Assembly: GCA_000934665.2 (NCBI GenBank)
Contig: KZ538711.1
Coordinates: 1 to 52,100 of the forward strand
Direction of reading: 5' to 3'
Origin: Catajapyx aquilonaris
Lineage: Eukaryota
Length of the DNA stretch: 52,100 nt
The notes beneath the pieces were generated by a model. It ran no database searches, had not been told where the DNA came from, and was given only the letters and a program-made list of their open reading frames with translations. Below are positions 35,101 through 44,276 of the stretch, in pieces. Position 1 is the stretch's first letter; each line of letters begins with the position of its first letter. Both the position numbers and the translations under genes were made by a program.

Positions 35101-37130
35101 AGAAAATAAGTGAGGTCGAAATTTTATGATTTGACCTCCGCCCCCCTCAAAATTGGGTCACGAGGTCATTTTGATCAGGTAACTATAGGTGCGTTTTTCA
35201 TCCTTTGGTGTGGGCTACCAATGCACCGAATTTGAAGAAAATCCGCGGGGTCATAAAATTTCCGGAAAAGGGGGAAAAAAAACTCAGGCCCTGGGGTAAT
35301 GCAAGCCTTCAAAAACTCCGTCATCAAAGGGTTAATGAGCAATCTGTTTGTAACCATCTTAGAAATAGACTGACTGTTAATGCATTTTCCAGTACACCAT
35401 TATTGGGTTTGACTCGGAGTGTAAGCTGGCTGTCAGCGCAAACAAAGAGAGCGGAGTGGCCCTCATGCAGTTTGCTACCCAAGAGGTCGTGTACATACTG
35501 GACGTGGTTGCCCTCCTGAGATGCCTGAATCCTTCAGACTGGACCCTGCTCGAGAAGGAAGTTTTTGGGGACCCCCGAATTATTGTTATAGGTACATACC
35601 CATCACACACTTTTTACAATGGATTTGTATAGCTATTTTAAATATTTTTCCACCAAGGTTTTGGGTTGAGTTGTGACTTCCAGATGCTCTCGAAGAGCCT
35701 TCCCAACATGTCAAACCTTCGGCGTAGTCTAAATGGAGTCATGGACCTGGCGACACTCTGGAACAAGCTTGAGATTGAGTTTCCGCAAGTGTTCCCCTAC
35801 ACCTGCGCGGAAGCTCACAAGTTAGGATTGAGCAATCTTGTCAACAAGTGCCTCGGGAAGCCCCTCAACAAACGAGAGCGGCTCTCGAACTGGGAGAGAC
35901 GGCCTCTCAGGGAATCACAGTTAATATATGCTGGTTGGTCCTTTTTCTGCCCTTCAAACTGAACAGGTCGCTGTTACAGAAATTAAAATTTCAGATTGTA
36001 TTTTTAGGTCATGAAATTGAACGTTGTGACTCAAAAATGGTTTCTTTCAGCACTGGATGCATACTGTGTCTTGGAAGTGTACAAGGTACTAGAAGAACGA
36101 TCCCGACTTCTGGACATTCCGTTTAAGGAGCTGTGCTGGGAGGTCCAAAGCGGTCGTCAGTCTAAGACCAAGCGAAATTCTAGACGTGCCGCTACTGCCG
36201 CCACATCCTGCAGGGGAGCTCGCCTAGAGTATGTGAGTGCAAACTCCAATCACCTGGAGTCAGAAGCAGGTGGTGGGGTGAGCACCCTTCGTGAGGAACC
36301 CCAGAGGAGGCCAAATGACTTGAGAGTCGTCTGTGATACCATGCTTCAAGGGTTGGCCAAGTCTCTGAGGACTTGCGGGGTTAATGCAATTGCGCTGGAC
36401 AAACATATTATCCACGACAGGTGTGTGGATATATCCCAGAAGGAAGGCAGAATTATTCTGACCAAGGGAAGCGTCTTTGAAAGGGTGAGAATGCAAGAAA
36501 GGTGTGAAAATGTAGAACATGTCCAAGCCATTTCTAATCTAGGTCTTTAACATAAAGCAGTGCTTCTCTAACATGTTTTATTTTTTTACAGCTTTCCCAG
36601 TATGTTCCGGTGAATATGTGCTACCAGGTGATTTCGGAGGGTGCCATGGAGCAGTTGGAGGAAGTGTTGACACAATATAATGTGCACGTGACCAAACCAG
36701 ATGTCTTTAGTCGCTGCCAAGTAAGTTATCATGCACTCCACCGTTATGACCACACTCAGAAGCTTTACAATAACAAACCTATCCTCAGGAATGCAACGGT
36801 GCAAAATTTGCCATTCTCAACCAGCTGCATGTGTCCAATCTGATGCGTCGCCATTGCCTAAATGTTCATGGAGATAGGGGCCACCTTTCTACAGGGTCCT
36901 ACTTTCGAGAAGAGAATTTGGTTGGTGAAGGGAAAGGTCCATTGGTGGATCTACGAACATGCACTACACACACTGGTGCAAAAGTGCAACTATCATCCAT
37001 TCCTGCTGCCGTGGTGGGCAAGGTGAATCGCTACTACGTGTGCATTCTGTGTGGAAAAGTGTATTGGGATGGCTCGAATTTGGATAGAGTGCTGGAAGAG
37101 AAGCTTAAAGGAATTTTGGCTGAGGATTAG
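28929..37130 (+). CDS. EXD3: Exonuclease mut-7 homolog / Nibbler (DEDDy 3'-5' exonuclease and Mut7-C domain), 8 coding exons, 890 aa
   Basis: Exons 28929-29163, 29217-29569, 32864-33568, 35393-35591, 35658-35933, 36051-36484, 36592-36720, 36789-37130 join in frame (2673 nt), all GT-AG. Motifs: KYKEACQFA..LPLILQDK; ExoI IGFDSE; ExoII GFGLSCD; SNWERRPLRESQLIYAALDAY; Mut7-C VVCDTMLQGL, FSRCQECNG, CILCGKVYWDG. Confidence 0.95.
29217..29569 (+). CDS. EXD3: EXD3 exon 2 (N-terminal helical domain)
   Basis: TTGCAG acceptor; SNTLAFAVISEL...YKYKE|GTAGGT. Confidence 0.9.
30223..32043. mobile_element. Fold-back DNA element (Sola-like ends) with inverted arrays of a ~150-bp tandem repeat, in EXD3 intron 2
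   Basis: Perfect 26-bp TIR GTGGAGTGACCAATCAAAACGCAACA flanked by ATAT on both sides. About 4 forward units (30836-31428) then about 3 reverse units (31432-31865). Confidence 0.85.
32128..32303. mobile_element. pogo/Tigger-like MITE
   Basis: TA-CAGCTGACTCTGGATATAACAG...CTGTTATATCTGGATTCAATTG-TA. Confidence 0.75.
32341..32604 (-). mobile_element. tRNA-derived SINE, family C (V-domain-like core)
   Basis: Reverse homolog of 43404-43674; 16-bp TSD TTTTACATA(T/C)CTATTT. Confidence 0.88.
32864..33568 (+). CDS. EXD3: EXD3 exon 3
   Basis: TTCCAG|ACQFAV...PLILQDK...DVSK|GTGAGT. Confidence 0.93.
34067..35331. mobile_element. piggyBac-like non-autonomous element with inverted arrays of a ~134-bp tandem repeat, in EXD3 intron 3
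   Basis: TTAA-CCCTTTG...CAAAGGG-TTAA. About 5 forward units (34185-34865), a (GTACGT)n centre and about 2 reverse units (34965-35260). Confidence 0.85.
35393..35591 (+). CDS. EXD3: EXD3 exon 4 (ExoI motif; missed by the ORF track)
   Basis: YTIIGFDSECKLAVSANKESGVALMQFATQEVVYILDV. Confidence 0.92.
35658..35933 (+). CDS. EXD3: EXD3 exon 5
   Basis: GFGLSCDFQML...GLSNLVNKCLGKPLNKRERLSNWERRPLRESQLIYA. Confidence 0.93.
36051..36484 (+). CDS. EXD3: EXD3 exon 6 (ExoIII end, Mut7-C start)
   Basis: ALDAYCVLEVY...VVCDTMLQGLAKSLRTCG...EGRIILTKG. Confidence 0.93.
36592..36720 (+). CDS. EXD3: EXD3 exon 7
   Basis: EQLEEVLTQYNVHVTKPDVFSRCQ|GTAAGT. Confidence 0.92.
36789..37130 (+). CDS. EXD3: EXD3 exon 8 (zinc ribbon, stop)
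   Basis: CTCAG|ECNG...YYVCILCGKVYWDGSNLDRV...TAG. Confidence 0.92.
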   Translation, partial: ECNGAKFAILNQLHVSNLMRRHCLNVHGDRGHLSTGSYFREENLVGEGKGPLVDLRTCTTHTGAKVQLSSIPAAVVGKVNRYYVCILCGKVYWDGSNLDRVLEEKLKGILAED

Positions 37131-37819
37131 CATAATGGTCCATAGGATATGAACCAAATGAGGGGTGTGGGGGAAAAACATGATAACTGACATTTTTGTC
37201 ATTAACACCTAGCAACTATGTATAAGACATGACAAACAGTTTGGTATACTCCAAGTTCATGTATCATGCAGGAGACGGCCACACGGACTAGATCCAAACC
37301 AGCATTCCCTATGATTTGTTAAGAGAATGCAAACTTCAATTCGCTCTCCTGAAAAATTACACCTTTGTCAGTTATCATGTTTTTCTCCCACCCCCCTCAA
37401 ATCATCCGGTGCATATTTGTGCCACATTAAGGCCCGATTTCTCAAACAGTGGTTCAAGTCAGTTTGAACTGGGTTTGCGTCTACTCGCTGGATTCAGTTT
37501 AAACCCTCCTTCCGAATGTGCGCATTTCTCGAGCGTAAACAAACCCTAGGTTACTATGCAAACGACAAGCCTCGGTTAGAATTGCGCCCTTGCTACCGTC
37601 CTACCCATTTACCCGAACGGTCTGAACTGCTGCGCGAGTCTTTACCGGCCTGTAAACAAACTCTAGTCAGCAAGTCTAGAAGGTGGAGAGAGGGCCATCG
37701 CATTTGAAGTGTCATATTTTGACTAGCTGCCGACGTTACGCCGCAAAATGAATTTTTTACGACACTTCTCGGAGGCAAAAAAATTTCCCCTGTGGACCCT
37801 GGATAGTGCAAATCTTTGT

Positions 37820-38116
37820 GCAAATCGAGAGGTCCTGGGTTCGAATCCCGGAGGCCGGCGATCCTGACCTTGGTTTTCTGTGGTTTCCCAAGGTCACCCC
37901 AGGAAAAATTTCCAGGATCGTACCATAAAATAGGCCACAGCCGCTTCCTTCCTTTCCCTGCCCTGGAGGAGGTGCGGGTCATCTTGGCGAACAGGCCCCC
38001 TGAGGGACTGCACACGACCCCCAACTTGATGACATTGCACATGCACCAGTGTCCCCCCTCCTATCCCTACCCCATGGCTCTAGCGCAGGGTATATCTATT
38101 TATTTAAAAAAAAAAA
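37820..38116 (+). mobile_element. tRNA-derived SINE, family D (5'-truncated; core resembles locust Lm1-type SINEs)
   Basis: B-box GGTTCGAATCC; ATCCTGAC..GGTTTTCTGTGGTTTCCC...GGCCACAGCCGCTTCCTTCC; poly-A; TSD AAATCTTTGT. Confidence 0.8.
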
Positions 38117-38141
38117 AAATCTTTGTCTTTCTAATGATATA

Positions 38142-38741
38142 CAGTAAAACTTCTATAAGTCGAGCTTCCCTAAGTCGAAGTTCTCTATAAGTCGAATAAA
38201 ATTATGAGCTTGGTTGGTCATAATGTAAAATAATGGGAAATGAACTTCCCTAACTCGAATTTCTATAACTCGAAGTTCTCCATAACTCGAAGTGCTAGCA
38301 GGGCCTTACGATGGGATGTCAATGCATTTTCAGTCTCCCTAAGTCGAAGTTCATGCTGGCGAGTACGGAAAATTTTCTCATTTCCCAGCCGAAGGATCGA
38401 GAGTAGGCCACATGCACAGAAAGGCTCAATTTCCTGATCTCCGTCTACCAGACTTACCGAAAGAAGTGTTTGACTTGATTGTGACAACTGAATTCTTAAA
38501 TATAAGAGTAGGCAAATGTCCATAACGGAGATTTTTTTACACGAAAACAACGAGGAACATTGTAAGAGTGATAGTGACAGTTATTTTTAAGTATTGAACA
38601 CCTTTCATCGCTGGATATAAAGGTAGGCTACCTTATAGAGTTCTGTGCTTTAAAAATTCCAAACTTCTCTAACTCGAATCTCCTATAACTCGGAAGTTTT
38701 TTTCCGGTCCCATGGAGATTCGACTTATAGAAGTTTTACTG
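38142..38741. mobile_element. Complete 600-bp pogo/Tigger-like MITE
   Basis: TA-CAGTAAAACTTCTATAAGTCGA...TCGACTTATAGAAGTTTTACTG-TA. Confidence 0.9.
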
Positions 38742-39132
38742 TATTTGAAACTCAGAAATCGCCATTTGTGTAATCATAATTAAGTTCATTGCACACCTCA
38801 GTTACCTCGGCCGTTTATAATCCGAATTACTTCGCGAATGTACCGACGGAAAGCCAGAAATGTAAATGATAAATTACATCTTGCTACACTAAAAATTTTT
38901 GACGTACCGTATTTAAAAGTATCGCCGTCTATTCCCGCCAGAAAGCAGGCTGAGTACTTGTCTATTAAACTTACTAAAACAGTACTTTTAAAAATTTTAC
39001 TGTAATAGTGCACGATGTAATTTTATCACGCACATTTCTGGCTTGCCGTCGATACATTCGCGAGGTAATTTGGATGAGAAACAGCCGAGATAACTGAGGT
39101 GTGCAATTAACTTAATTATGATTACACATAGT

Positions 39133-39464
39133 AGGGGAGGCGGAGTGGTGCTGTGGTAACGTATGCGCCCACGGATGTTAAGGTCCCGGGTTCGATCCCA
39201 GCCCGGGGACACCCCCTTCATCTCGTGCAGAGTTCAGGGTCACCTCTGGCTTTGTCTCAGGTGGTATTTCCACAGACTAAACCACCCGGGTGAGTTCACT
39301 AAAAATGGCCACGTTTAAGACATTGCACTGCACCTTGCACATCCCCTCCTGTCATCCTGCCCGTGGGCCCGGGCGTTACGTATAAAGGCTCCAAATGAAT
39401 GTACTTGACATAATAAATAAAGGTCCGTGCTGCATACCTCAGATGAGGTCAAGCACTACCCCGG
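39133..39464 (+). mobile_element. Full-length SINE, family B head and body with a different tail
   Basis: First ~220 nt homologous to the 23222-23551 copy; 15-bp TSD ATGATTACACATAGT (39118-39132, 39465-39479). Confidence 0.9.
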
Positions 39465-40826
39465 ATGATTACACATAGTTGCGATTTCTAAGTTTCAAAT
39501 ATATCATTAGATAGACAAAGATTTGCACTATCTATGGTTCACAGGGGGAATTTTTTGGCCTCCGAGAAGTGCCATAAAAACTCATTTTGCGGAGTAACGT
39601 CGGCAACTAGTCAAAAAATGACACCTTTATTGTTGTTCCCGGCATTCCAAACCCGGTTTATTTCCGATAACGGCCGGCAATCGGGCCGTCAGATGTGAAC
39701 CGAGTTTAAACCGCATGGATCCGGGGTTTACTTTTGCCTCGAGAAATGGAAATTTCTCTGAACTGGGTTTACATTTGAACCACTGTTCGAGAAATCGGCC
39801 CTAAAGAGGTTAATTCTGCGTAAAATAATTTTATATGCAAGTGTGCAAATGCTCCAGTAGTGAGCAGCAAAAATCATGACTGTTCCAGTTGTGGACGCCA
39901 CCCATGTCCCAGTTGTGGACAGCCTCCATATACCTTCCTTACTTCGGTTGTGTCAATATCATCAGGGAAGCGTAAGTTTTACACCATGTCTGGTTAGTAT
40001 AACTTAATCGAGTAATTAATTTTATTCTGAATAATCATCCGAATGACGGAATCCGATAAAAAAGGGGATGTGACGTTGCCAGATTGCTGCGCTCCTTTCT
40101 TTTTTTAGCTTCTCATTCTTGACCGGGCTCGAGTGTTGACTATGGCCCAGGGTGCAATGGTCTAGACAGGGCGTCCAGAATTGGAACATCAACGTTTTTT
40201 GGGTCCAGTAGTGGACGCCCCAGCTAAAACTTTCCTTACATACACATTGATGCAAAAGGACATCCTATTTGGAAAATGTGGAGCATTTATATCCTTTTCC
40301 ACTCAAAAAAACCGAAGTAACACGTCCACTACTTGTACACTGACCTTATCTTTAATTCAGTTGGCATTGTCCTGAACAGTATATATCACATAATTTTTGG
40401 CAGGTGTATGCTGATTACTGTTGGATGGTAATTACATTTTCATTTTGACATTGGAGTATAATCTAAGCTCCATATTTTCTTGCCATTAACTGATGACTAT
40501 AATACCTCATATTGTAATTTTTGAAGGTTTGATATATGTGGAGTTTTTTCATTATTTCCCAATAAAATGGTGTCTGTTTGGTGATACTAATTGAGTGGGT
40601 CAGAACAATAATGGCATATCCCAATCACAACTGTTTTTGAGATATTCGAGGTTTAAATGTGTGCAGTATAATACTTTTTAATGTAGTCATATCAATGTAA
40701 ATGTGGATTTAATAGAAAGGTATGGCTCCAAGCTGGCTCCAACTTATGTGAGTGCTGGAGCTCCAGTTCACAAGCCAAAGATGTCTTTCAGCGGATCCAG
40801 ACTTTCGATTGGGGGGGGGGGGGGGG

Positions 40827-41064
40827 NNNNNNNNNNNNNNNNNNNNNNNNNNNNNNNNNNNNNNNNNNNNNNNNNNNNNNNNNNNNNNNNNNNNNNNNNN
40901 NNNNNNNNNNNNNNNNNNNNNNNNNNNNNNNNNNNNNNNNNNNNNNNNNNNNNNNNNNNNNNNNNNNNNNNNNNNNNNNNNNNNNNNNNNNNNNNNNNNN
41001 NNNNNNNNNNNNNNNNNNNNNNNNNNNNNNNNNNNNNNNNNNNNNNNNNNNNNNNNNNNNNNNN
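40827..41064. other. Assembly gap (N run) inside a probable hAT-type MITE with G/C homopolymers
   Basis: N bases; flanks GCGGATCCAG (40790) and CTGGATCCGC (~41082) are inverted repeats. Confidence 0.95.
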
Positions 41065-42164
41065 TCGTGACCCCCCCCCCCCTGGATCCGCCCATGACCC
41101 GCGACCCCCCAAAAAATAAATCATTAATGAAGCAGCCAAACAATACAAGAAATTTCCCCACAATATTAATACAAAACACCAAATATGGTACAATGCCTCT
41201 CACGGCCCCCCTGGACCTGCTCCACGCCCCCCCTTGGGGGCCACGACTCCCAGGTTGGGAACCCCTGCTCTAGACCCCACCCTACCCAACATGATGGAAT
41301 AAGGGGAAACAGGGAGGTAGACACCTCCAGAAGTGGGCAGGTAGGTGAATATGTGACAATCATGAAGGAATTTCAGGTGAGAAAGTCATCTGTTCTTAAC
41401 GAAATTCTTTTCTTGGCAGGCAGGTTCAGTAATTCAGGAGTGAATACATATTTCACGCAAATGACGACAAAGACTAGGGCGATGATCATTAAAACTGGAT
41501 AAACTGCTGAGACAGTAGGAAACAATGCTGGGCAACACCCTGCACCACGAAAGTGCAACAAACAACAACATAGTCCTTACAATTAGGTGGCCCATAACTG
41601 TTCCAAAGACGCCCCATAACTGTGAAAAGTGGCCCATAACTATACTTTCGTGATTTTTTTGGAACATTTCATTACCAAAAATGACAGTAAGGCAGAATTT
41701 CAAAATTGCAGTTGCTCCTTAAAAGAGAAAATTCTGAAGATTCTGAAAAAATATATAATCAAACTGCAGATGTAATTACTGTGGGTCATATGATGATGTG
41801 AACTTGGAAAATTTCTTACGTGGCCCATAACTGTATTACCCTATGACTTGAGGGACATATCATGGACTGTGATGTGTAACCATTTAGCAGTTCGTTATTT
41901 TGGACATTGTTATGTTTAGTGGACTTGCGTTAATGATATAATAAGAATTTAAAAAATAAAAAATAAAAATAATAAAAATAAGTTCTATTTACCGCACCTG
42001 TGTCCTAGGCCGTATGGGCGGGTGGTTTGCACGGGACTTTTAGTCTAATTGAATATCACTAAAAACGAGCTTATTACAAATCTCACAACAAAATCTATGC
42101 ACCTGATACAGAACATATGATGGGATATCTTTGAAAATTGAGAACATTTGCTGTGGAGGAACAT

Positions 42165-42615
42165 TATTGGTACGCTAGCGCACCTGTAGCCAAAATTGGG
42201 CAAAACCTGCAATGAGGAACACAATGGTAATGAAAAAATTGAATGAGAGGGCTTGCGGAGTGACAACTAAGAAATAGAGTATAGCTGGTCGTAAGACGGG
42301 GTTGAGAAATTGAGTGGCATTGACTCAATGGACATACTGTACACGTCCTGAATCGGATGTGAGAGAAGTTTTCATAAAACCTCCCGATATACAACATTGT
42401 GTGTAAACACTCTGTTGTTGGAGAGCAATGTTCCGTGTTGAGCAGTAGCAGTAGTGAACACTTTGACCTGACTTGGGTTGCGAGATCGGGACAGTGCCAC
42501 ATGCACCTGGCCATGATTGGGAGAAGACAGGTTCATCCAGGGAAATGATAATGTGCTGATCTGGCCGTGTGAGTTATTGTTGATCGTCATGGCATAGGCT
42601 GGGATGACATTATGT
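42165..42615 (-). mobile_element. Helitron 3' remnant (PIF1-type helicase C-terminus)
   Basis: VIPAYAMTINNNSHGQ...HGQVHVALSRSR...VKV...THNVVYREVL* matches the RepHel pattern AFAMTINKSQGQ...HGQLYVALSR...TxNVVYxEVL. Candidate subterminal hairpin at 42169-42184. Confidence 0.85.
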
Positions 42616-42626
42616 CAATGAACATA

Positions 42627-43240
42627 CAGTAAAACTTCGAGTTATAGAAGATTCGAGTTAAAGAAGTTAGGCTTTTTTTGAGCACATAACTCTATAAGGA
42701 AGCCTACCTTTATATCCAGCGACAAAAGGTGTTCAAAACTTAAAAATAACTGTCACTATGACACTTACAATGTTCCTCATTGTTTTGCTGTGAAAAAATC
42801 TCCTTTATGGACATTTGCCTACTCTTAGATTCAAGGATTCAATTGTCACAATTGAGTAAAACACTTCTTTCGGTACATCTGGTAGACGGAGATCAGGAAA
42901 TTGAGCCTTTCTGTACATGTGGCCTACTCTGTACCCTTCGGCTGGGAAATGAGAAAATTTTCCATACTCGCGAACATGAACTTCGACTTACGGAGACTGA
43001 AAATGCATTGATATCCCATCGTAAAGGGCCTTACGATGGGATATCAATGCATTTTCAGCATTTCAGCATTAATTTTTCAGTGCCTGCACTTCGAGTTATG
43101 GAGAAATTCGAGTTGTAGAAATTCAAGCTATAGGGGAGTTTATTTCCCATTATTTTACATTGTGATCAACCAAGCTCATCATTTTCTTCGACTTATAGAG
43201 ATCTTCGACTTAGGGAAGTTCGACTTATAGAAGTTTACTA
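42627..43240. mobile_element. pogo/Tigger-like MITE (CAGTAAAACTTC family), reverse orientation
   Basis: Reverse homolog of 38142-38741. Confidence 0.85.
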
Positions 43241-43249
43241 TTAAGACTT

Positions 43250-44004
43250 TTGGATCCGGATCCAGCAGGCTATGATTAAGGCCAATAATAATAGCTGATA
43301 ATAGCTTATACGGACATATTTGAGTGACGGGGCAACATGAGGGATGGAGTTGCCCTTTGTGTAGGTAATAATGCTGTATGGCTTTATGATACTGTCATCT
43401 GTTATTGGGCGACACGGTGGCAGAGTGGTTATCGCCGCAGCCTTTCACCTCTCAGGTCCCGAGTTCGATCCCCGGATCGGACAGAGTATATGCTTATGTG
43501 GATATAGTTTCGATGGGTTCTCTCCGTGTTCGCGTGGGTTTTCTCGGGGGTTCTCCCGTTTCCTCTCACAATCAAAATCCATCACAGCAAAGGCAATGAT
43601 TAAAGTCGGTCAATTAAATAAGATGATCCCCTAAAACGCTGAAGGAGGCTTATCACGGGGTATCCATTATCTCCACTGTCATCTGTTGTGGCCCGCCAAT
43701 AGCAGGGTTCGTCGCCCTGCAGGATATTTTTAGGTAATGCGGAGAGGAAGCGGAGCTGGGCGATTATTGTGGGTTTCGTATCCGCAAGATTTACAGTACT
43801 GCTGTCCGTCTTGTGGCGGCGGAGGCCAACGGACGTTATTGTGGCTTTGCCAACCTCCAATCCCCTGCTGATCCCACCGCTGATATCTTGTTTGCTTGCT
43901 CCGGGAGGTTCATGCTACGCCGCCAAATAAGTCGCAATGGTTTACTCTAAGTCTAAGCTAAGCTATCCGCTGAAAATCATAACAGATGCTAGATCCGGAT
44001 CCAA
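43250..44004. mobile_element. Putative old MITE hosting SINE C
   Basis: Inverted ends TTGGATCCGGATC(C/T)AGCA. Confidence 0.45.
43404..43674 (+). mobile_element. Full-length tRNA-derived SINE, family C (V-domain-like core)
   Basis: A-box TGGCAGAGTGG; B-box AGTTCGATCC; core TTCTCTCCGTGTTCGCGTGGGTTTTCTCGGGGGTTCTCCCGTTTCCTCTCAC; 13-bp TSD ACTGTCATCTGTT. Confidence 0.9.
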
Positions 44005-44160
44005 GATGGCGGCATAGTTAGAAAGTGGGGCTGCAAGTAGCAGCGTATATGACAGCGTTCTGAATATTCTGAGGCTCAGATTGAATCAGTTGGCAGACCT
44101 GTATTGCCGGGAAAGGAAATAGGTGGCGATTAGGACTTTTGGCGGGAAGGGAAAGTGGCC

Positions 44161-44276
44161 GCCTGAAGAATTAGTGCCGCACTGACCAAAAGGTGGCAGC
44201 ACTCCCTTATGGCCGCCGCCAAAGGCCGCCAAGGGAGTGCTGCCACCTTTTTCGTCACGGCACTACTTCTTCAGGC
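44161..44276. repeat. Inverted repeat with a perfect 21-bp inner stem
   Basis: AAAAGGTGGCAGCACTCCCTT (44188) / AAGGGAGTGCTGCCACCTTTT (44231); outer GCCTGAAGAA / TTCTTCAGGC. Confidence 0.8.

Larger units (their letters stand above)
37707..39627. mobile_element. Fold-back MITE (possibly Kolobok-type) nested in the Harbinger MITE
   Basis: Arms GTGTCAT.TTTTGACTAG.TGCCGACGTTAC mirror each other over ~300 bp once the three inner insertions are removed. Confidence 0.8.
37431..39801. mobile_element. PIF/Harbinger-type MITE hosting nested insertions
   Basis: TIR GG(C/G)CCGATTTCTC(A/G)AACAGTGGTTCAA; TAA TSD on both sides. Confidence 0.85.

Noticed and set aside
30836..35260. Regular repeats as a CRISPR-like array
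   Set aside because: Units are 134-150-bp head-to-tail repeats without unique spacers, inside TIR elements in eukaryotic introns; no cas genes.
39133..39210. tRNA genes at A/B-box sequences (also near 5480, 23490, 32550, 37840, 43440)
   Set aside because: Each continues into a SINE body and tail, most with TSDs; no convincing cloverleaf followed by a T-run terminator.
40703..41273. ORFs spanning the N run
   Set aside because: Artefacts of the assembly gap.
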